DNA of 64,000 bases from a bacterium (GCA_963669175.1 OY769902.1:4544001-4608000), one strand, 5' to 3'. Shown: positions 27,411-36,863, counted from the stretch's first letter. Notes: generated by a model not told the origin, from the letters alone. Made by a program: numbers and translations.

Positions 27411-27442
27411 TTTCATCGCATACTGTCCAGTATGCGACGAAA
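27411..27442. other. Palindromic dif/lox-like site (13-6-13)
   Basis: TTTCATCGCATAC-TGTCCA-GTATGCGACGAAA, one mismatch between arms. Confidence 0.55.
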
Positions 27443-27443
27443 C

Positions 27444-28205
27444 CTAGTCCTCGTTGTCACCTAAACCTTTGTTTTTCTGTTCATCGCTTTTCATAGTATG
27501 CGATGAAACTTCTTCAGAATCGGGAAGTGCCGGGAATTCACCGGTCTGCATTGCCCTCGCAATACGACTTGTGATGTGACCACTGGTATTTTCCGGCAGT
27601 GAATGCACACTTTGTCCACCCTGCAGATGGTGGATCTCCCGCTGTTCAACCTTCTGGATCAGCAGGATGGCCAGTTCGGACGGCGACTTGGGACCGTTCG
27701 CGCCCAGCAGTCCAGCATCACGCTGTTCACGATTGACCTTCAGTGCGGTCAAGTGGCGGTTCATTACCCTGGACAGTTCATCAATCGTCGATCCTGCCGC
27801 ACCCCCACGAATCCCTCTTATCAACTGGATATAGCTCATTGACGCGATCTGGACATAAGCCAGATCATTTGCCTTGTTCAGATCCGGGAAGGATTTGTAC
27901 ATCTCGTCAATGAATGACTGGAACAGTTCTTTCTCTTCATCTGACTGCAGTGCAGGTACGAACGCACCATGCGTCATGCCGTGTTTGTTGCCAGGATGCG
28001 ACTGGTTGGGGTGTGAGGCGCTTTTGCCACCATGGTGGTAGCATTTGCCGTTAGCCATCGCAGGAGCGCCACACGGGCCGCCGTGTCGCTTTGAACGGGC
28101 AGAACAACGCTTTGCTTCAACCAAGTGCTTTGGTTTTTTCGACACCGGGGCTGCATCCCCACTTTCAGGGGTGCGGGAAGGCGCTTTTTCGCGGTTATTA
28201 CTCAT
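27444..28205 (-). CDS. HGGxSTG-domain protein, probable terminase small subunit
   Basis: RCSARSKR..GPC..PAMANGKCYHHGGKS then PGNKHGMTHG (GNxNAxKHG-like TerS motif); co-oriented upstream of TerL. Confidence 0.7.
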   Translation of the reverse strand: MSNNREKAPSRTPESGDAAPVSKKPKHLVEAKRCSARSKRHGGPCGAPAMANGKCYHHGGKSASHPNQSHPGNKHGMTHGAFVPALQSDEEKELFQSFIDEMYKSFPDLNKANDLAYVQIASMSYIQLIRGIRGGAAGSTIDELSRVMNRHLTALKVNREQRDAGLLGANGPKSPSELAILLIQKVEQREIHHLQGGQSVHSLPENTSGHITSRIARAMQTGEFPALPDSEEVSSHTMKSDEQKNKGLGDNED

Positions 28206-28279
28206 TTACTTCCTCTCTTGACTCTCTCTAAGCACACTGAATACCTTCACTTACCCAAACAACTAGCAAGGGGACAACC

Positions 28280-28576
28280 ATGAGTTATTTCGCAGTGATT
28301 ACTTTTGATCTTGCAAATGCAAGTTCAAAGGATTATGAAAATGCCTATAGTGATCTTAGCGACATTGGATTTTCCAAACAAATAGCCTCTTCAGAAGGAA
28401 ATAACATCACCTTACCTACAACGACATGTGCAGGTGAGTTCAATGGCAATAGTGCTGGTGACGTGAGAACAGACTTAGCAAATCTTGTTAAGAACGCCTT
28501 CAAAGCACGTGGCTTCACTTCAGAAATATTCATTGTCGTTGCCGGTAATTGGGCTTGGAGTCATAGAACGACTTGA
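28280..28576 (+). CDS. GhoS/DUF2622-like (Cas2-fold) small protein
   Basis: ITFDLANASSKDYENAYSDLSDIGFSKQIASSEGNNITLPTTT resembles the GhoS pattern; AAGGGG RBS. Confidence 0.55.
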   Translation: MSYFAVITFDLANASSKDYENAYSDLSDIGFSKQIASSEGNNITLPTTTCAGEFNGNSAGDVRTDLANLVKNAFKARGFTSEIFIVVAGNWAWSHRTT

Positions 28577-29275
28577 CACATTCCCTAATTTTCTTTCAGA
28601 TCCATCCGGTCCAATCTTCCGAATCCAAGGTTGATCAACATCCGGGTTGTAGAAGCGCAGGACATTGCGATTGTTTCGCACACAAACTATCTCGATGTGT
28701 TTTTCAGACACTTCACCGATGGTCTGACCATCGTGTAGGAAGCACACAAGACCATAATCTTGACCGCATGGAAATCGGAACCTTCCTCGATTCTGATACA
28801 GGCGTGGCTCAGACCAACCTAAGCTCAGTGCCTTGTCACGGATGGCATCCACCAGTTTGATTGTTTCGTGATTGATGGATCGGGTGAATGACCAGTCACC
28901 ATCATCTGGATAGAGATGAGGTGCAGAAAGCGCGGAACTCTGTTGCTCGTTGCCGTGAAAAATTCTTTTTAATTTGGGTGGTTGATAGTCATCCGGGTTC
29001 AGTCGATGGATGGAATCGAGAAGAGATGGTTTGCCGTACTGTTTGACAGCCCATTCATGCAGGGAGTTGAAGCGGACACGGGTTTGATTAAATGCTGATG
29101 TTTTCAGCATGCCATCTCTCATGGCCTTTTCCGCCACTCCCATACGGTAGCGAAGCCATGCGTAGTACTCCGGATCAAGGCGACGGTACATGATCCTGTC
29201 GTGTTCTACTTCCTTCAGCTCACTATGCAGATCATCGATATTCATTGAGTTCAGTGTTGTTGAAACAAACAGCAT
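28520..29275 (-). CDS. Hypothetical protein
   Basis: 251-aa ORF co-oriented between primase and terS, with RBS. Confidence 0.7.
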   Translation of the reverse strand: MLFVSTTLNSMNIDDLHSELKEVEHDRIMYRRLDPEYYAWLRYRMGVAEKAMRDGMLKTSAFNQTRVRFNSLHEWAVKQYGKPSLLDSIHRLNPDDYQPPKLKRIFHGNEQQSSALSAPHLYPDDGDWSFTRSINHETIKLVDAIRDKALSLGWSEPRLYQNRGRFRFPCGQDYGLVCFLHDGQTIGEVSEKHIEIVCVRNNRNVLRFYNPDVDQPWIRKIGPDGSERKLGNVSSRSMTPSPITGNDNEYF

Positions 29276-29299
29276 CGTTTTCCTTTCAGGTAATTCAAA

Positions 29300-32200
29300 T
29301 CAGAATGGAAGTTCTGACTCATCAGTTTTTCCTAAATCATCAGGGAGATCCAGCAGATCAAAGTCCTGTTCAGGACCGCTGGAAATGTTGGAAATGTCGA
29401 TGGAGATGTTATTTTCAGACATTTCCATCGCTGAAACGCTTTGCTGACGCTGGTTTGAATGATCCGTGGAGATGTTGGAGATGTGAGCCCCCCTATTACT
29501 TACATGTGCGTGTGCGCGTGTATGTGTGTATACATGATCATACCCGCGTAGGTTAGGGGTTACATCTCCAACATTTCCATTATTCCCTGAATCGACCGTC
29601 TGGCTTGGGTTTCCAAGTTGGAGATGTTGCTGTAAAACATCTCCATCCACATTTCCAACATCTCCATTTTCCGCATCATTTTTCGATGGAGATGGATCGA
29701 CTTTCTGAAGTGCGACACAAAAACCACCTGCATGTTTCCCATGAAGCTGAACTTTCACCTGCTTCAATCCCTGGAAGACTCTGTCCTGATATCTGCCTAG
29801 CGCTTTCCCCAACCGGATCTGTTTGGATCGCTCATTCTTATCACCTCGGAGTGCAGGTAATAATTCCTTGTCTTCACAAAGCTGGTTCAGATCACAGACA
29901 CGCTTCGGTTCATCGCCAAACTCATCCCACCAGGCAACAATGAATTCACTCCAGGCCTGAGTGACTTCATCCGATTCTTTGTACATGTCGTTAAGGTTTT
30001 CGAGAAATCCTGGTATCCCGGCATTATCAAGAATCCCGCCTATCACACTCGACCAGTTTTCGAATGAGCCAAGCGTGTGAGCCGATTCATGCTGACCTGC
30101 TGCAACCCAGGCTTGTATCAGGATCAACAAAGCTGAAACCAGCTCCGTTCGATTGCTTTTCACCCAATCCACGAGCTTTGGATGCCTGAATCCCTGCCCC
30201 TCACGAAGCCAGGGACGCTCCATATCCGGCTGTAGTCGAATGCGGATACAACGCCGAGCAAGTTCTGCGGTGAGCTTGGGATTGTTGCCGGTTATCATCC
30301 ACATGGCACGGTTGGGAAGCGTCAACATAGCTGACTGTCCGAGGAGTCGGTCCTTCCAGACCTCGGAAGTGACAACAGAAGCAAGCGGTGCACTGTCAAG
30401 CTGCCTTCGTTCCGAAGTGTTGTCCAGCAAGATGATCGAACCGCCCATGGACAATTCCGCAGTGATCATCTTTCGTGTTTCATCTTCCTGGGTCGGCAGG
30501 GTTCGAGAATCAGCAGGTTGTGCTGTTGCCAACTGTGAAACGATGCTGCAGAGCAGCCCTTTGCCTGAACCTGGTGTTGGTGCAGTGAAAAGATGTATCG
30601 GAGTATTTCCCCGAATCATCCTCTGTGCGAATGGAAGCAGCATGGCAGCGACCATGTGTGCACGATCCGACTGCGTCTTGAATGGAAAATCGTGCAGTAC
30701 CTCATCCAGGATCAGGTCGCGAGCATATGAAATAGCATGATTATCAGGATTCTCCGGGACATCAATCTTCCCAAGTGAATCATGCGGCTCATACCACAAC
30801 GCTTCTTTTGGATGGTATCCGGGTGTTTTAATAAGGACACCTTTTGAGCTATAGACTGGGGCTGTGACGATTGAGTCAATCTGAGGAAGGTCCCTGTCAA
30901 TGAACTCAGGCATGTCACGGGACACTTCCCGCATCGGAACAACATCGACAGGACCTCTTTCCGTTTCTCGATACCAAGAGGCTATCCGCGCGAGCAATCC
31001 ATAGCGCGCAGATTCATTCATCAGATCAAAACGTGTACGAATAAAGGGTTCGCCATTCTTGTTGACAAGCTGTTCCCTGACAATCCTCACCAATGTTCCC
31101 GAACGATTATACAAGTAGGGTTTATCGCCAGGCAGTCGGCTTTCACTTGAGTTATGCAAATGAACTGCATCCCACGCGTCTTCAATGATATCCCGAAGTT
31201 GCCTGTGATTAACCTGTATCTCTGGAAGGGGAATTTTCCTTGGTGATGATCTGCTTTGCTTCCTCCTTGGCAGCTGTACTCCCGATAATTCTGCGATCCG
31301 TTTGACCGCCCCCTTCATGTCATGCGCAGGGCCATGCTGGACGAGGAAATCGAAAACGGATATGGTTTCACCGGAAATGAATGAATGGAACGATCCGCGT
31401 TCGACAGAGTTCGTTCCATCCGAAACACCAGCAGAGGGATTCATGTCACCCGATTGGGATGATGGATCGCGACATTCGAGCCAGCCATCTCCTGATGTGT
31501 TGCCGGTCAGCAAGTCACCATAGATGTCCGAAAGTTGAATTGTCGCTAAGGCTTCACTGCGCCAGAGTTTCCACTCTCTGCTGTTGTCAGGATTTGAAAT
31601 TGGTGAAGTTGGCTTGGTATCGGGCTTTGCTGTAGCTTTCAGCACTTGGTCAAGTGCAGTTTGATCTATTCGTTCGAATGAATCAGGTTGATAAGCTGAG
31701 AATGCTCCATCATTTATTCTGAAGAATCGGTTTCCCTCGCCTTTCGCACCGAACCACCAAGGAAGCCAGACAAGGTTGCCCAAGCCATCTTTATTCAGTT
31801 TGTCCTGCTTGGGAAATACTTCAATCCCTTTCGCTTTATCCGGTCTGGCATTCCCGCCTTGTGCCAGAGGGATATCCGATGGAAGCAGCTGCAATGCAAG
31901 TTTGCGCACCTTGGACGCAGGAATGCCTGGCTCGAAAAAACACCACAGGTGCCATCCAAGGCCACCACCTGAACGTTCGAGGTAAGCAGGAAGATGGTGT
32001 TCTGTGAAAATCCCATAGACTCTCTTTACAGCTTCATCCGGATCTGCCAGGGCATCAGCATGATCCGCACCCGCATCGAAGTCGACACAAAGCCAGGGGG
32101 TAGTCTTGTCCGGAGCGGGAACGTAACTGCCGATCCGGAACCAGCCTTTTGTAACCTTGTGGCCACCATTCCTTGAGGTGAAGTGGACAGCCGCTTTAGA

Positions 32201-32374
32201 ACCTTCATCGCCATGGATGTGGGCCGACAACAACTCATCCAAGTTGTCTGTCTGAATGGTCGGGTGCGGTTTGTCCCATGGTGCCAGAAAGGCGACACGA
32301 TCCGTTCGAGCGAAGAAGTAGTCCAGTAACAGCTTTGGTTGAGGATTACCACTTTTTTGTATCGAATCAACCAA
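29300..32374 (-). CDS. AEP primase (TOTE-type domain) fused to P-loop helicase-like domain
   Basis: WLCVDFD, ERSGGGLGWHLWCFF, IEVFPKQD, GLGNLVWLPW; C-terminal APTPGSGKGLL, ILLDN, ITGNN, LARRCIRIRL. Confidence 0.82.
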   Translation of the reverse strand: MVDSIQKSGNPQPKLLLDYFFARTDRVAFLAPWDKPHPTIQTDNLDELLSAHIHGDEGSKAAVHFTSRNGGHKVTKGWFRIGSYVPAPDKTTPWLCVDFDAGADHADALADPDEAVKRVYGIFTEHHLPAYLERSGGGLGWHLWCFFEPGIPASKVRKLALQLLPSDIPLAQGGNARPDKAKGIEVFPKQDKLNKDGLGNLVWLPWWFGAKGEGNRFFRINDGAFSAYQPDSFERIDQTALDQVLKATAKPDTKPTSPISNPDNSREWKLWRSEALATIQLSDIYGDLLTGNTSGDGWLECRDPSSQSGDMNPSAGVSDGTNSVERGSFHSFISGETISVFDFLVQHGPAHDMKGAVKRIAELSGVQLPRRKQSRSSPRKIPLPEIQVNHRQLRDIIEDAWDAVHLHNSSESRLPGDKPYLYNRSGTLVRIVREQLVNKNGEPFIRTRFDLMNESARYGLLARIASWYRETERGPVDVVPMREVSRDMPEFIDRDLPQIDSIVTAPVYSSKGVLIKTPGYHPKEALWYEPHDSLGKIDVPENPDNHAISYARDLILDEVLHDFPFKTQSDRAHMVAAMLLPFAQRMIRGNTPIHLFTAPTPGSGKGLLCSIVSQLATAQPADSRTLPTQEDETRKMITAELSMGGSIILLDNTSERRQLDSAPLASVVTSEVWKDRLLGQSAMLTLPNRAMWMITGNNPKLTAELARRCIRIRLQPDMERPWLREGQGFRHPKLVDWVKSNRTELVSALLILIQAWVAAGQHESAHTLGSFENWSSVIGGILDNAGIPGFLENLNDMYKESDEVTQAWSEFIVAWWDEFGDEPKRVCDLNQLCEDKELLPALRGDKNERSKQIRLGKALGRYQDRVFQGLKQVKVQLHGKHAGGFCVALQKVDPSPSKNDAENGDVGNVDGDVLQQHLQLGNPSQTVDSGNNGNVGDVTPNLRGYDHVYTHTRAHAHVSNRGAHISNISTDHSNQRQQSVSAMEMSENNISIDISNISSGPEQDFDLLDLPDDLGKTDESELPF
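29381..29666. repeat. Mirror-symmetric array of 12 GGARATGT repeats around a purine-pyrimidine tract (putative replication origin)
   Basis: Forward copies at 29381, 29390, 29402, 29468, 29477, 29620; reverse copies at 29419, 29562, 29571, 29637, 29649, 29658; RY tract 29501-29536. Confidence 0.75.
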
Positions 32375-32520
32375 CTTTTATCCCCGCAACTTTCAATTCC
32401 ATCAACAACTCAATGATGGTATGCTGTGGTTTTTTGGGTATAACTTTCATACTTTTCGATGTATATGTTTCAGGTTTTTGACTTGTTGTTGGTAGCGTTA
32501 AAATCGCTTGGAGTCTGAAC

Positions 32521-33021
32521 ATGCGCAGAATCCAAATTTTTACAACACTGACCTTTGCTTTGTTTGTGTTCGGTTGTGCGCAAACAGCATTGTTCACTCC
32601 TGTATTTTCAAATTCTCATGTAGTATTGAGTAACCTGCCACAAAATTTGATAGCCGTTGATGTCAGAGATTTCCGGCCCAATTCCAATGATGATTTCGTA
32701 TCAATTCTTAAAGAGCAGGTGACATCTGCACTTGGCGCAGCGTTTAACACCTCTGACGAGACTAAATACACAATCAAAATTGATATCATTGAACATAGAT
32801 CTTACTTCACTTTAGGAAACTGGAATGCTTCAACAGCTTTGAATGTCAAGCTTTATAATGCAACAGATGAGATTATATATCAGTTTGAAATTCATGCAGA
32901 TGCCCATAGATCAAATATGTTTGGTTATAAAACTGCCCGTGATGTTTCGCAAGATTCATACGATTCTGCGGTGTCACAATTGTTTTCACGTTTGAGCAGT
33001 GTATCCCTCGATTTAGAGTAG
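32521..33021 (+). CDS. Lipoprotein, possibly YajG-like
   Basis: Signal peptide with lipobox FVFGC; AT-rich; counter-oriented in the element. Confidence 0.7.
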   Translation: MRRIQIFTTLTFALFVFGCAQTALFTPVFSNSHVVLSNLPQNLIAVDVRDFRPNSNDDFVSILKEQVTSALGAAFNTSDETKYTIKIDIIEHRSYFTLGNWNASTALNVKLYNATDEIIYQFEIHADAHRSNMFGYKTARDVSQDSYDSAVSQLFSRLSSVSLDLE

Positions 33022-35201
33022 TTATCCCTCAGTAAAAGCGACAGAAAAGTCCGGCGATTGTCAACCTGTCGTTTCTTTGCACAGTTCCGCACACCCCAGT
33101 GATCGCCGATGATGATCGCTGTCCTTCGAGCACGGGTCACTCCTGTATAGAAGAGATTCCGGTGATGCATGAAGGAATGCGCTTTGTGCATTACAACAAT
33201 CACACAGGGATATTCCGAACCCTGGGATTTGTGGATGCTCAGTGCATAGGCTAGTTGAAGATCACCCAGCGCGGGTGATCCCGATTCGATAGAAATCTTC
33301 CTACCCTCAAACTCAACTTTCAGCGAACCATCCGAACCAACCTCAAGGATGAATCCGACCGCACCATTCATGACATCGATGTCGTAGTTGTTGCGGGTCT
33401 GGATAACCTTGTCGTGTTTGAGGAACTTTGGTCTACGACCCGGCCTGACTGGCGGAACTGCGATCTTCCATCGCTTACGCTGGACAAGACGTTGAAGTAT
33501 CTCGTTCAGTGCTTTGGCGCCAAGTGGACCTTTATGGGTTGGTGTCAGAACCTGAACATCCCGCAGCAGGTCATACTCCAGTCGTTCTTCCAACACTTCT
33601 TCATATAGTGTTGTGAGGAAACCTTGCGCCTGAAGCACATCACCGAACTGATCGCTCAGAAACCAGCGACGTTTGCCATCGGACTCTGGTTCGCTGGTCT
33701 TGCGGACATCTCCGTGAAGAATGGCCGTGCTGTTTTCTTTCAACACACCAGCTTGCCTGACAACCTTGTCCAGGATGACCGTGGGGATGGAACGAGTTTG
33801 GATCAGATCGCGAAGTACATTACCTGGTCCGACAGGTGGAAGCTGGTTATGATCCCCAACCAGAAGAACAGATGTTTTCTTCAGATCGACCGCCTGGAAG
33901 AAATGCCATGCCAGCTCGACGTCGACCATGGACACTTCATCAACGATCAGCATGTCCGTGTCGATAGTATCGCTTGCATCACGTTCGAAGGTTTTCCCGT
34001 CATAACCGAGCATTCGATGGATGGTCTGAGCGGGACAGCCAACCACTTCTTCCAGTCGTTTGGCAGCTTTGCCAGTAGGTGCAGCCAGCATAACCTGCAG
34101 TTTTCGGGCTTCACAAATTCGCACGATTGAGGCAATTGTGAACGTCTTGCCGCTTCCCGCACCACCAGATAACAGACTGATCCGGTGCGCCAGGGTGTTC
34201 TGGACTGCATCGCTCTGATCCTGGTTCAGTGTCTGTGCATGCTTCTTGATCAATCCATGGACGTCATCAAACCGCTCTGCGTGAACAGAAGGAAGTGAAG
34301 CAGTCGTAAATATCCGGGAGAGATCTGATTCTTTCTGATAGATATCAGGAAGCGAAACAAGAAAACGGCCATCCTGTGAGATGCAGGCAAGCACCCTCTC
34401 CTCGATCAGAATATCCAGTGCCTGTTCGATTCGGTCCCGACTGTCCAGGGTGTCCATGATCAGAAGTTGATTTGCCTGGTGAACCAGATCTTCGTATTCG
34501 GTCCAGCAGTGCCCCTGATCAAGAGATTCGTAAACGCTATGAACAAGTCCAGCTCGGATGCGTTCTGGCCGGTCCTTTGATGTCCCGATTTTCCTGGCAA
34601 TGACATCGACCTTTTTGAATCCAAAACCACGGATTTCTCGAATCAGCAGGTAAGGGTCTGCCTTCAACATAGAAAGCGTATTGTTACCGAACTTCTTGAT
34701 AAGCGATGTGACCTGGTGGTGGGTTAGTCCGAAAGCCGACAGCCAGGCCATAACATGGTTTGTTTCACGAGTGCGCTTCCATACGGATGCCAGGTTGCGG
34801 ACAACTGAGGCAGAAATTTTGGCGACTTCAATGATCTTCTCCGGATGCTTCGTCAACACCTCTTCGAAGTTGCTGCTGAAGTTCTCCGCGATACTTTTTG
34901 CTTTTGCGGGACCGATTCCTTTGATGTCAGGATGTTTTGCGAGGAAATGGGCAAGCCCCTCCTGGTCGAGATCGAGGTCGTATTCCATGGCTTCGACAGC
35001 GAACTGCCGACCATACTTGGGATGCCTGATCCACTGGCCAAGAAATACAACTTGTTCCTCCTGCTGGACGAACACTTTTCCGGCGAATACAATCTCGGCC
35101 CCATCATTTGTAAGCAATCGTCCTACACTGAATGTGGGTGACGAAAAGAACACCGATTCGATGACGCCTTTTATGTCAATTGTGTTTTCAGCTGTCTGCA
35201 T
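32925..35201 (-). CDS. recD2: RecD2-like SF1B helicase
   Basis: HPKYGRQF, KGIGP, GFGFKKVD, GGAGSGKT, APTGKAAKRL, VDEVSMVD, VGDHNQLPPVGPG, AYALSIHKSQGSEY, YTGVTRAR. Confidence 0.9.
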   Translation of the reverse strand: MQTAENTIDIKGVIESVFFSSPTFSVGRLLTNDGAEIVFAGKVFVQQEEQVVFLGQWIRHPKYGRQFAVEAMEYDLDLDQEGLAHFLAKHPDIKGIGPAKAKSIAENFSSNFEEVLTKHPEKIIEVAKISASVVRNLASVWKRTRETNHVMAWLSAFGLTHHQVTSLIKKFGNNTLSMLKADPYLLIREIRGFGFKKVDVIARKIGTSKDRPERIRAGLVHSVYESLDQGHCWTEYEDLVHQANQLLIMDTLDSRDRIEQALDILIEERVLACISQDGRFLVSLPDIYQKESDLSRIFTTASLPSVHAERFDDVHGLIKKHAQTLNQDQSDAVQNTLAHRISLLSGGAGSGKTFTIASIVRICEARKLQVMLAAPTGKAAKRLEEVVGCPAQTIHRMLGYDGKTFERDASDTIDTDMLIVDEVSMVDVELAWHFFQAVDLKKTSVLLVGDHNQLPPVGPGNVLRDLIQTRSIPTVILDKVVRQAGVLKENSTAILHGDVRKTSEPESDGKRRWFLSDQFGDVLQAQGFLTTLYEEVLEERLEYDLLRDVQVLTPTHKGPLGAKALNEILQRLVQRKRWKIAVPPVRPGRRPKFLKHDKVIQTRNNYDIDVMNGAVGFILEVGSDGSLKVEFEGRKISIESGSPALGDLQLAYALSIHKSQGSEYPCVIVVMHKAHSFMHHRNLFYTGVTRARRTAIIIGDHWGVRNCAKKRQVDNRRTFLSLLLRDNYSKSRDTLLKRENNCDTAESYESCETSRAVL

Positions 35202-35649
35202 TTACTCGATCCATCCTGCGCTGAAAGCGTTTGAGGTAGTCTTCTACAAACCTGCATGCGATCTGCCTGTCTGCACAGAAAAACACTGGTATCCCGAAAT
35301 CGATGATGACTGAGATGACAGCCCCGAACACTGCATGGGGATGGGCGTCTGAGGAATAACGTCCCGATAGGATATCATCCAGCCCGGCTTCTACAACGAC
35401 ACAAACCGACTCCATCTGCTGAAGCTTTCGCAGTTCATTGTGAAATCTGCGCCGGTGACGGATGACGGTAGAAACGAAGTCATCCAGCGACTTTCGCTCT
35501 ACCGCCACCCGGTCTTCATGGCCCTCAATCGAATAATCTCCCGCTTCCAGTTTCCGCCTGATTGTTGTCATCCCGTCCACCGGGAACGTGTATGGATTCT
35601 GCTCACGAGTATCGATTATGACCTTCAGCTCAGAAGGCTTTGAGAGCAT
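35188..35649 (-). CDS. ERCC4 (XPF/Mus81-like) nuclease domain protein
   Basis: IIDTREQ, LEAGDYS, VAVERKSLDDFV; start MLSKP overlaps the upstream gene. Confidence 0.88.
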   Translation of the reverse strand: MLSKPSELKVIIDTREQNPYTFPVDGMTTIRRKLEAGDYSIEGHEDRVAVERKSLDDFVSTVIRHRRRFHNELRKLQQMESVCVVVEAGLDDILSGRYSSDAHPHAVFGAVISVIIDFGIPVFFCADRQIACRFVEDYLKRFQRRMDRVNADS

Positions 35650-36112
35650 CCCGTGTTGCTTGTGATCCGGTATCGCTGGTGACGATTCGTTTGTTGATGT
35701 AAACGTTTTCATTCTCACCTTTCGTTCGCTTCGTCACCTCAAGTTTGACATCCAACAGTTTTTCAAGATTGGAGGGTAGGTCAGACAGTTTCTCGATCTC
35801 CAATCCACAGGTGAACAGATCTGTTTTCAGCCACTTGATGTTCTCTGCTGTGGCGATCACGTTATTTCGCCAGAGGAATTGACCGGCGAAGCGGGGGCCA
35901 ATAATCCGAAGTGTCCACTTGAGCATGGGATTGCCGGAGTTCTGCGTGCGGGTCAACTCCACCTTTTCAACACTGACCTGGTACTTCCCGTCCGGCACAT
36001 CTTCGAACTCACGCTCTTCGACCTCCGCCTGGGAGAAGTCATCGTCAAACTGTGCAAGATCGAATTCATCCGGTGCATCATGCTGGGCATGGTTTTGTGT
36101 ATTGTCCATCAT
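35630..36112 (-). CDS. DUF669 protein (phage SSB-like)
   Basis: VPDGKYQVSVEKVEL...SGNPMLKWTLRI; located next to AAA_24. Confidence 0.8.
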   Translation of the reverse strand: MMDNTQNHAQHDAPDEFDLAQFDDDFSQAEVEEREFEDVPDGKYQVSVEKVELTRTQNSGNPMLKWTLRIIGPRFAGQFLWRNNVIATAENIKWLKTDLFTCGLEIEKLSDLPSNLEKLLDVKLEVTKRTKGENENVYINKRIVTSDTGSQATRDALKAF

Positions 36113-36120
36113 TCAATCCT

Positions 36121-36846
36121 TTAGCTCTTTGCTGAGTTGGCGGGTTTTGCTGGCGCAGAATCGAACACCTTCCTAAACGTGTTGAAATCGAGATCAATCA
36201 CCTCAGGAAGCCTGCCTGTTCTGTCACCAGCATCGTAAAAGGGGCTTGGTTTGGTCCGCATGACACGACGATAGACCGTCTTGCCATCACCGTTAGTCGT
36301 AGCTTCCAGATCGCAGAAAGCAATGATGTCGACCAGGCCGATTACAATCTTCCTTGCCTTATCCGGCAGGGTGGGAACCATCTTGATGTACTTGCCGGTT
36401 CGAGTCTCAATCTCCTTGTCCTGGGAATGAGACACGATGAACAGACCGTATGGCAGGAAGGCCAGTTTGTTCAGCACACGCTGGAACTCGTTGTTGATCA
36501 GCGCATACCCTTTACCGTAGCCGAGATCTGACTCGTGGTCGATCTTGTGCTTGGCGCAGACATACTCTGCACACAGCTTGTAGGCATTGTCCGCTGTATC
36601 GATGATGATCGTCTTGAAGGAGTGTTTTCCTTCAGCGATCTCGGCACATGCATTCAGAAAGTCGTCCCAGGTTTTGATCGGGATCTGGTACGTGTCGAGT
36701 GAGTTGAGCCCCGGCTCTGTGGCCAGGAAAAGCGCTTCTGGTGCATGGGAACACCAGGTCGTCTTCCCAATCTTGCTCGGACCGTAGATCAAAGCAGTTA
36801 GATCAGAAAGGGACTGTTTGGGTTTGGTTTTAGCTGTTGGCAGCAT
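36121..36846 (-). CDS. AAA_24 / Sak4-like ATPase (phage recombinase)
   Basis: IYGPSKIGKTT, LATEPG, TIIIDT, GYGKGY, VSHS. Confidence 0.85.
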   Translation of the reverse strand: MLPTAKTKPKQSLSDLTALIYGPSKIGKTTWCSHAPEALFLATEPGLNSLDTYQIPIKTWDDFLNACAEIAEGKHSFKTIIIDTADNAYKLCAEYVCAKHKIDHESDLGYGKGYALINNEFQRVLNKLAFLPYGLFIVSHSQDKEIETRTGKYIKMVPTLPDKARKIVIGLVDIIAFCDLEATTNGDGKTVYRRVMRTKPSPFYDAGDRTGRLPEVIDLDFNTFRKVFDSAPAKPANSAKS

Positions 36847-36863
36847 CTAAATCTCCTGTATCG

